In this document: piece after piece, positions 25,660 through 32,000 of the stretch | How the letters are laid out: every line of letters starts with the position of its first letter | How positions within the stretch are numbered: position 1 is the first letter of the stretch | Assembly: GCF_000007145.1 (NCBI RefSeq) | Contig: NC_003902.1 | Span: 4,136,497 to 4,168,496, forward strand | DNA length: 32,000 nucleotides | Source of the DNA: Xanthomonas campestris pv. campestris str. ATCC 33913 | GTDB taxonomy: Bacteria > Pseudomonadota > Gammaproteobacteria > Xanthomonadales > Xanthomonadaceae | Reading direction: 5' to 3' | Notes under the pieces: model-generated | What the model saw: the letters and a program-made list of their open reading frames with translations, nothing else | Told to the model about the DNA's origin: nothing | The model's database searches: none | Translations under genes and position numbers: made by a program

Positions 25660-25715
25660 CGGGATGCAACGAAGGAAGAGAGTGATGCCGGTGGTGCAGG
25701 TAACAAGTAGCGGGT

Positions 25716-25742
25716 GGCCATTGGGCCATTGGGCCATTGGGC
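25716..25742. repeat. tandem octamer GGCCATTG x3 (+partial), followed by GAGTTG x2 at 25748-25762
   Basis: These are perfect direct repeats read from the sequence, about 60-85 nt upstream of the putative -35 of hslV. Confidence 0.8.
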
Positions 25743-25844
25743 GAATAGAGTTGGAGTTGGAGAATGGACAGGCGCGAAGTGCGCACACGCTGGCGGAGCG
25801 CACCGACCGCCACCCAAGCAGGTGACCGCATGCCATCCGTATAG

Positions 25845-25880
25845 CCCCTCTCCCGTCGGGAGAGGGGTTGGGGTGAGGGT
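25845..25880 (+). repeat. 36-bp GC hairpin repeat (CCCCTCTCCCGTCGGGAGAGGGG-TTGGGGTGAGGGT), copy L
   Basis: It has a 10-bp stem plus a G-rich tail. A near-identical copy lies in inverted orientation at 27336-27372. Confidence 0.8.
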
Positions 25881-26082
25881 ACGGCCGCTTCAATTGATTG
25901 CATGCCCAGTGAGTCAACACGCTCTATTGGCGACTTGCAGAGATGTCTCGAAAACAGCTGCGCTTCTCGCACCCATCATTGAAACGTCGCGCTGTTTAAC
26001 CGCGGTTGCCTTGCGCGCGGCATTTGAACTTCAATGGGACTGATACGCCCAGGGTTTCCTAGACATCTCAAGGCCATGGAAA

Positions 26083-26376
26083 ATGGTCGATTCGGAGGTG
26101 TCTATGAGCAGCAAGCGGTATACGGATGAGTTCAAGATCGAGGCGGTCCGGCAAGTGACTGATCGTGGGTTCAAGGTGGCAGAAGTCGCCGAGCGGCTGG
26201 GTGTCACGACGCACAGCCTGTACGCCTGGCTGCGCACGTTCGGCAAGTCTGGCGTGGTGCATCGCGCCGAGGTGGACCAGAGCGCCGAGGTTCGGCGGCT
26301 GAAGGCAGAGTTGCGTCGAGTGACCGAGGAGCGCGACATCCTAAAAAAGGCCGCCGCGTACTTTGCCAAGGGGTAA
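26083..26376 (+). CDS. IS3-family transposase OrfA
   Basis: The protein is identical to copy 1 OrfA. The likely start is ATG 26104, after GGAGG. Confidence 0.95.
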   Translation: MVDSEVSMSSKRYTDEFKIEAVRQVTDRGFKVAEVAERLGVTTHSLYAWLRTFGKSGVVHRAEVDQSAEVRRLKAELRRVTEERDILKKAAAYFAKG

Positions 26377-26393
26377 AGGCAAAGTACGCCTTC

Positions 26394-27248
26394 ATGCAAG
26401 CCCACTGCGGGGAATTCAGGGTGTGTGCAATGTGCCGGGTATTGCGGGTCAACCGGTCGGGTTATTACGCTTGGTTGTGCTCGCCCAACAGTGAGCGCGC
26501 CAAGGAAGATGATCGCTTGCTTGGACTAATCAAGCACCACTGGCTGGCCAGCGGCAGTGTCTATGGGCATCGCAAGATCACCACGGATCTGCGCGATCTG
26601 GGTGAGCGTTGTAGTCGTCATCGGGTGCATCGGCTGATGCGCACCGAGGGACTGCGTGCCCAGGTGGGCTATGGTCGCAAACCGCGCTTCCATGGAGGAA
26701 TGCAGTGCAAGGCGGCGGCCAACCTGCTTGACCGACAGTTCGACGTGACGGAGCCGGACACGGCCTGGGCGAGCGATTTCACCTTCATCCGCACGCATGA
26801 AGGCTGGATGTATTTGGCTGTTGTGATCGATCTGTTTTCCAGGCAGGTCGTCGGCTGGGCGATGCGCGATCGGGCCGACACCGAGTTGGTCGTGCAGGCG
26901 GTGTTGTCTGCGGTGTGGCGGCGCAAACCCAACGCTGGTTGCTTGGTTCATTCGGACCAAGGGTCTGTCTACACCAGCGATGACTGGCGCAGTTTCCTGG
27001 CGTCCCATGGCTTGGTGTGCAGCATGAGTCGGCGTGGCAACTGCCACGACAACGCACCCGTGGAGAGCTTCTTCGGCCTGCTCAAACGCGAGCGGATCAG
27101 GCGGCTGACCTATCCCACCAAGGACGCCGCTCGCGCCGAGGTATTCGACTACATCGAGATGTTCTACAACCCCAACCGCCGCCACGGTTCAACTGGCGAC
27201 CTGTCACCTGTAGAGTTTGAACGGCGCTACGCGCAACGAGGGTCTTGA
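26394..27248 (+). CDS. IS3-family transposase OrfB
   Basis: It is identical to copy 1 OrfB except for Glu6Gly. Confidence 0.95.
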   Translation: MQAHCGEFRVCAMCRVLRVNRSGYYAWLCSPNSERAKEDDRLLGLIKHHWLASGSVYGHRKITTDLRDLGERCSRHRVHRLMRTEGLRAQVGYGRKPRFHGGMQCKAAANLLDRQFDVTEPDTAWASDFTFIRTHEGWMYLAVVIDLFSRQVVGWAMRDRADTELVVQAVLSAVWRRKPNAGCLVHSDQGSVYTSDDWRSFLASHGLVCSMSRRGNCHDNAPVESFFGLLKRERIRRLTYPTKDAARAEVFDYIEMFYNPNRRHGSTGDLSPVEFERRYAQRGS

Positions 27249-27335
27249 GTGTCTACGGAACCCTGGGCGTATCAGACACAGCGAACTCTGAGGTTCTCCA
27301 ACTTTCCCAAGACGCCAAGCAGCGTCTGCACAGGG

Positions 27336-27372
27336 ACCCTCACCCCAACCCCTCTCCCCGAGGGGAGAGGGG
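27336..27372 (-). repeat. 36-bp GC hairpin repeat, copy R (inverted)
   Basis: ACCCTCACCCCAA-CCCCTCTCCCCGAGGGGAGAGGGG is the reverse complement of copy L, differing in the loop region and by one extra base. Confidence 0.8.
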
Positions 27373-27646
27373 CTAGAGCGGAGCACACTTCATGAGCTGC
27401 CAGCTATCCAAGCACTGCTTTACCGCTGTGATGGCCCAATCAGCTGGACTGGGCCGCTAGCTGGACTGAGTTATCAACGGTGGTGGCTTTACCAGCGGTA
27501 CTTGTTTTGCCAACTACTGGCTTTAACAGCTGCATCGGCTCTATCAACGGCACCTATGCTGGACCGGGCCAGCACCAGCGTCTCGATCACAATAGCTGGC
27601 CGGCAGGCTGATGACGTCTCTCACACTCACGCGCAGAGGCGCGCAC

Positions 27647-28615
27647 TCATTCCGTCGCCTTCTTGCGCTTCGCCCGCGGATGCGCAGCGTCGTAGACCTT
27701 GGCCAGATGCTGGAAATCCAGATGGGTATAGATCTGCGTGGTGGCGATATCCGAATGCCCCAGCAACTCCTGCACACCGCGCAGGTCGCCGGAGGATTCC
27801 AGGATGTGGCTGGCAAAACTGTGGCGCAGCATGTGCGGATGCACGTGCTTGAACATGCCCTGGCGCACCGCCAGCTGCTTGATGCGGATCTGCACCGCGC
27901 GTTGCGAGATCGCACCACCCGCACGCCCCGGGAAGACATGCGTCTGCGCGCTGCCGCCGCTGTCGCGCTGCCAGGCGCGCAAGGCCGCCACCGCATGTGA
28001 CCCCACCGGTACCAGGCGTTGCTTGCCGCCTTTGCCAAGCACCGTGACCAGGCCGCTGTCCAGATCCAGATCGCGCCAGCGCAAGGCGCACAGCTCGCTC
28101 AGACGCAGCCCGGAGGAATAGAACAATTCCAGCAAGGCGCGGTCGCGCAGGCCCAGCGGCGCGTCGGTTGGCACTTCCACCAGCCGCACCGCTTCATCGG
28201 CATCCAGCACCTGCGGCAATTTGCGCGGCGCCTTGGGCGCGCGCAACGCAGCCGCAGGGCTGGTCGCGATGCGGCCATGCTTGAGCAACCACGCGTAATA
28301 ACTGCGGCAAGCCGACAGGCGACGCTGCAGGCTCTTTGGCGACAACCCGCGCCGGTGTTCGGCAGTGACAAATTTCCGCAGCTGCGCGCTGTCGAGCTGC
28401 GCGACATCCTCGCTGCCCTGTGCACTTGCCCAACCGATCAGCGCGGCAAGATCGCGCCGGTACGCATCCAGCGTATGTGCCGAGACCTGCCGTTCGATCT
28501 GCAGATGCGCCAGGAAGGGCTCTACCGCAGACAGCGTTGCATCTGCGCCGGGTCCGGTCGTCGCTGTCGGCGAGGAACCCCGCGCATCCGCAACCGGCGG
28601 CGCCGCCTCAGGCAT
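27647..28615 (-). CDS. xerC: site-specific tyrosine recombinase XerC
   Basis: 322 aa reading FLAHLQIERQVSAHTLDAYRRDL, with the catalytic region HMLRHSFASHILESSGDLRGVQELLGHSDIATTQIYTH. It lies in the conserved dapF-DUF484-xerC context. Confidence 0.93.
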   Translation of the reverse strand: MPEAAPPVADARGSSPTATTGPGADATLSAVEPFLAHLQIERQVSAHTLDAYRRDLAALIGWASAQGSEDVAQLDSAQLRKFVTAEHRRGLSPKSLQRRLSACRSYYAWLLKHGRIATSPAAALRAPKAPRKLPQVLDADEAVRLVEVPTDAPLGLRDRALLELFYSSGLRLSELCALRWRDLDLDSGLVTVLGKGGKQRLVPVGSHAVAALRAWQRDSGGSAQTHVFPGRAGGAISQRAVQIRIKQLAVRQGMFKHVHPHMLRHSFASHILESSGDLRGVQELLGHSDIATTQIYTHLDFQHLAKVYDAAHPRAKRKKATE

Positions 28616-29276
28616 CGAAGCGCTGCAGTGCCACCACCAGCGACTCGCCCATCATGCGCAAGAACAACGTACCCATGCCCGGGTAGAACCGATTGGCGTC
28701 GCTACTGCCCACTGCGATCAGGCCGATGCCCGGCAACGGCAGCAACGCGGTGGATTGGACCTCGCCTGCATGCGCGCCGTACAACAGCGCATGTTTTTCG
28801 GCTTGCAGGCGGCCGCAGATCGGCTCGCCATCGGTGAGGCAATCGCGAAATGGCGCCAGGCGCGCGTCATCGGCCGCCATCACCTGCAACCAGTCTGCCT
28901 CCAGCCCGGCGACCGGTTGCAGCAACACCAGCCGCACCAGTTCGCCATTGAAATCTTCCGCCAACGATGCGGCCATCGCCTTGAGCGTGTCGGCCGGGGT
29001 GGCCTGGCGCATCAGCGCGAGCGTCAGTTGATGCGTGCGCACCGCCAGCCGTTCGTTGACCTGCGCATTGCTGCCCAGTTCGTGCAGGCGCCGCGACAAC
29101 TCGCGGTTCTTGTCGCGCAGCACTTCCAGCTGGTACGTGGCCAGGGAGGCAGTGGGGCCGTCATCGCGCGGCACCAGCAGGCTCACCGCCAGATCCGGGA
29201 ACTGCTTGAGGAAGGTCGGATGGCGGCGTAGCCAGTTGGCGACGTCATGCGCGCCGAGTTTGTCGATCTCGCTCAT
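28608..29276 (-). CDS. DUF484-family protein (YigA-like)
   Basis: 222 aa from ATG 29276, which forms an ATGA overlap with the dapF stop. It reads [18 protein letters not shown]...[16 protein letters not shown]. The long ORF to 29885 was trimmed. Confidence 0.85.
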
Positions 29277-30127
29277 TGGTTCCACTCTCCATCGAAGACG
29301 AACACGGCCGGCCCGGACATCACCACCTGCGCCTGCTCGCCGGCCCAGCGGATCCGCAATTCGCCACCCGGCAAGGACACCCGTACATCGCGCTCGACCC
29401 GGCCCCGATGCATCAGCACCACCGCGGCCGCGCACGCACCGCTGCCGCAGGCGAGCGTTTCGCCAACGCCGCGTTCGTACACACGCAACCGCACATGCGC
29501 CGGGTCCACCACCTGTGCAAACCCGACATTGACTGATTCGGGAAACGCCGCATTCTGTTGCAGCAACGCACCTACCCGCTCCACCGGCGCCGCATCGACC
29601 CGGCCAACTTCCACAACCGCGTGCGGGTTGCCCATCGACACCGCGCCAAAGCGCACGGTTTCTCCGTGCACGGGCAGCGCGTATTCGTCGCGCGCATGGG
29701 CAAAGCCGGCCAGCGGAATCTGCGTGGGCTCGAACTGCGGTACACCCATCGCTACCGAATATGTGCCCGCGTCCAATCGCTCGACGCGGTGCGCGGTGAA
29801 GGGGCTGTCGATGGTGAAGACATCGCCCTGCGCGGTGCCCTCGCGCACCAGCCACGCGGCCACACAGCGCGCGCCATTGCCGCACTGCTGCGAGTGTGAT
29901 CCGTCGGAATTCCAGATGCGGTAGGCGGCCACCGCCTCGGCGCTGCGTGGCGTTTCGATGGTCAGGATCTGGTCGCAGCCCACACCGAAATGACGATCCG
30001 CCAACCGCGCGGCCAGGCTGGCATCGGGCGGTGGTGTGCCATTGCGCAGATCCAGCACCACGAAATCGTTGCCGGCGCCATGCATCTTGGTGAAACGCAA
30101 GCGCCCGGTGTGGACGTCAGCGCTCAT
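29273..30127 (-). CDS. dapF: diaminopimelate epimerase
   Basis: 284 aa from ATG 30127, reading [32 protein letters not shown] and [14 protein letters not shown] (both catalytic Cys motifs). Confidence 0.95.
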
Positions 30128-30383
30128 TGCCGCTGCTGGCGGGCTGATCCGTGGTCGGCGTGGTCGGCGCGGGCTGGGTGGTGCTGTCGGCCGGCACGGG
30201 CGCGGGCGTCTGCGATTCGTCCAGCGGTTGCGGTGCATCCGGCGGCTGCAGCACGGGCTGGGCTTCCACCGGCACCGGCTTCTGCGGCATCACCAGCGGG
30301 CCCTTGTTGCCGCAGGCGGCGAGCAGGACGAGGGTCGCACCCACCAGTGCGAGACGAACAGACGGTCGGGACATAATGCTCAT
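30117..30383 (-). CDS. lptM: small lipoprotein, LptM/YifL-like
   Basis: 88 aa with lipobox [11 protein letters not shown] (the CG-KGPL signature of YifL/LptM) and a Pro-rich tail. It lies immediately upstream of dapF, as in enterobacteria. Confidence 0.75.
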
Positions 30384-30422
30384 GCACCGAAGTATAGCCA
30401 GAACACCCTGACTGCCGTGCGC

Positions 30423-30827
30423 TCAGTGCGAGGCGGGCGTTTGCAGTGCGCGCGGCGGCGGCTCCGGGCGCAGCCACAGCCAGATGGCCACCACCGCCAT
30501 GCTGCCGATCGACAGGCATTTGACCCACAGCACCGGCACGCACCACAGCATGATGGCGGCGCAGATGGTCATGGTCAGGGTCGCCATCCATTTGGCCTTG
30601 CGGCTCACCGCGCGATAGGTCTGCCATTCGACGATGGCCGGGCCAAAGCGCGGGTGCGCCATCAGCCAGCGGTGCAGGCGTTCGGAGCCGCGCGAGGCGG
30701 CCCAGGCGGAGATCAGCACGAATACGGTAGTGGGCAGGCCGGGGACGAAGATGCCGACAATGCCGGTGGCCAGGCTGGCATAGGCCAGCAGCCACCACGC
30801 CCAGCGGAATCGGTTCGGTCGCGTCAT
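30423..30827 (-). CDS. YbaN-family (DUF454) inner-membrane protein
   Basis: 134 aa reading GIVGIFVPGLPTTVFVLISAWAASRGSERLHRWL..HPRFGP, with predicted TM segments. Confidence 0.85.
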   Translation of the reverse strand: MTRPNRFRWAWWLLAYASLATGIVGIFVPGLPTTVFVLISAWAASRGSERLHRWLMAHPRFGPAIVEWQTYRAVSRKAKWMATLTMTICAAIMLWCVPVLWVKCLSIGSMAVVAIWLWLRPEPPPRALQTPASH

Positions 30828-31300
30828 GGGGGAATGATACGGCCAGTGGTGGGGGTTGGTGGGTGGACGGTTTTTTGTTGCAGGGGATGTGGGGTGCGCT
30901 TGGGAGCAGCTTGTGTTGGGGTGCGTGCCATGTGTGTGCGCTCAGGCTCGCTTCGATTTTGCGGCGGCGTTCTTTCAGCCGGATGCTTTGCCCGGAGAAC
31001 GCACGAAGGGGTGGGTTGATTGCGGTGCTTGGGCGACGATTGGTTTGTCGCTTATTGCTGGCACGTCTGAAAGCACGGCAGAGCGAGTGCAGGGCTTTCG
31101 CGCCTGCGGCGCGAGTTCCTTTTGTCTTGGCAAAATGAACCAAAACCGCTGTCGCCGACGCGATCCGGTGCGGTGAAGCCGCACCGGTGCCCTGCGCTCC
31201 TCACCACGCGTGGCACGGCGCCCAAACTCGCTGCGCTCAGACAAGGGCGCCTCTTCGGCCCCGCGCAGCTGCGGTGCTCGGCTCGCTTTAAGGCGACGTT

Positions 31301-31475
31301 GGTGGAGCGAGAGCGTCAGCAGAAGCGAGAGCAGGAGCAGGAAGCGAAAAAACAGGAAGGAAAACGCTAGGTGGGACGGCGGGAAGCGAAGCAGGAAGCG
31401 GAAGCCGGAGCAGAGGTGAAAAGGGGGAAGAAGGAGACGGAAGACGGGAATTGGGAATTGGGAGGCGGCGGCGGC
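31301..31475 (+). other. 175-nt purine-rich tract (about 81% A+G, about 5% T) with degenerate GGAAGCG motifs
   Basis: By direct count there are 34 pyrimidines in 175 nt. GGAAGCG recurs at about 31339, 31382 and 31393. No credible ORF is present. Confidence 0.8.
31446..31465 (+). repeat. 7-nt periodic repeat block E (GGGAATT GGGAATT GGGAGG)
   Basis: This G-rich plus-strand block lies inverted relative to block F, 90 nt away. Confidence 0.7.
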
Positions 31476-31555
31476 AACACCAGCCTCCCGCATCCACCGT
31501 CCCCTGACATCCAGGCAAATAGCTAATCGCTAAAAGCCCGCGCGATCTGCTCTTA

Positions 31556-31590
31556 CGAATCCCAAATCCCGACTCCCCAATCCCCGCCCC
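31556..31590 (-). repeat. 7-nt periodic repeat block F (sense: GGGGCGG GGATTGG GGAGTCG GGATTTG GGATTCG)
   Basis: It starts 5 nt after the ptrB stop (31595-31597) on the sense strand. Its five G3-4 runs with 1-4-nt loops form a canonical G-quadruplex motif. Confidence 0.8.
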
Positions 31591-31594
31591 TCAA

Positions 31595-32000
31595 CTATTT
31601 GACGCCCAGCTGGTCCAGCACGAAGGCATACGATTCGGCCAGTTCGCGGTAGCGGCGGAAGCGGCCGGATTTGCCGCCGTGGCCGGCTTCCATGTTGGTG
31701 CGGAAGACGATCGGGTAGGTGCCGGTGTTGTCGTCGCGGAGCTTGGCGACCCACTTGGCCGGTTCCCAGTACTGCACCTGCGAATCCCACAGGCCGGTTC
31801 CGACGAACATCGCCGGGTAGGCCTGCTTGCGCACGTTGTCGTACGGGGAATACGACAGCATGTAGTCGTAGTAATCCTTGGTTTCCGGGTTGCCCCATTC
31901 ATCGTATTCGTTGGTGGTCAGCGGGATGCTGGCATCGAGCATGGTGGTGACCACGTCCACGAACGGCACCTGCGCCACCATCACCCGGTAGTCCTGCGGG
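31595..32000 (-). CDS. ptrB: oligopeptidase B / S9 prolyl-oligopeptidase family serine protease, C-terminal part (5' end outside window)
   Basis: The C-terminal catalytic region reads [26 protein letters not shown]...YSPYDNV...EAGHGG (the Asp and His of the triad). The frame is open to the window edge. Confidence 0.85.
   Translation of the reverse strand, partial: PQDYRVMVAQVPFVDVVTTMLDASIPLTTNEYDEWGNPETKDYYDYMLSYSPYDNVRKQAYPAMFVGTGLWDSQVQYWEPAKWVAKLRDDNTGTYPIVFRTNMEAGHGGKSGRFRRYRELAESYAFVLDQLGVK

Larger units (their letters stand above)
26041..27274 (+). mobile_element. IS3-family insertion sequence, copy 2 (1234 bp), inverted relative to copy 1
   Basis: It has the same ends as copy 1. A 3-bp direct duplication GAC lies at 26038-26040 and 27275-27277. 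I found 4 substitutions versus copy 1 (26118, 26208, 26410, 26471). The slippery site A AAA AAG is at 26343-26349. Confidence 0.95.

Noticed and set aside
9364-27274. The IS3-IS3 bracketed 15.4-kb segment as a composite transposon or genomic island.
   Set aside because: The cargo is housekeeping (ubiE, hslVU, aminopeptidase and others), and its GC content matches the flanks. Each IS has its own 3-bp duplication, and one IS interrupts a gene whose other half lies outside the segment. These are independent insertions, not a mobilised unit.
27376-27646. A dif/Xer recombination site or tRNA-like att site next to xerC.
   Set aside because: There is no 28-bp AT-rich dif-like palindrome and no tRNA features (no GTTCGAATC-type T-arm). 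xerC is in its normal dapF-DUF484-xerC context rather than next to an integrated element.

Overview
This is a 32-kb chromosomal segment of about 65% GC from a Xanthomonas-like gammaproteobacterium. The taxon is inferred from gene order (lptM-dapF-DUF484-xerC next to hslVU), GTAG-type REPs and IS load; no database search was possible. Left third (1-12.4 kb): a partial sigma-54 activator gene converges on a tightly packed six-gene minus-strand operon behind a -24/-12 promoter. The operon encodes, in order: (1) a lipoprotein PQQ alcohol dehydrogenase with the lanthanide-type Asp-Tyr-Asp signature, split by a 1234-bp IS3-family element with a 3-bp GAG duplication; (2) a MoxJ/XoxJ-like binding protein fused to 5-6 ankyrin repeats; (3) a c-type cytochrome; (4) a YVTN beta-propeller; (5) an ADH3-like paralogue with altered catalytic residues; (6) a TonB-dependent receptor. 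An 849-bp IS5-family element sits in the convergent spacer. The rest is housekeeping: HAD hydrolase, lipoprotein, M1 aminopeptidase, GGDEF protein, ubiE, an MFS/HlyD efflux pair, an ElaA-type GNAT, a CDA-fold deaminase, hslVU with a sigma-32-type promoter, a second inverted IS3 copy, xerC, DUF484, dapF, lptM, a ybaN-like gene and partial ptrB. The noncoding DNA is unusually rich in small repeats: a tandem array of ~123-bp double-hairpin REP units, two ~105-bp long-hairpin elements, two 36-bp GC hairpin repeats, six blocks of 7-nt periodic GGGRWTY repeats (four of them directly after stop codons), and a 175-nt purine tract. I saw no rRNA, tRNA or CRISPR. The best candidate for something new is the lanthanide-type dehydrogenase operon with its ankyrin-fused binding protein and in-operon TonB receptor. 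All functional statements are motif-level reading only.
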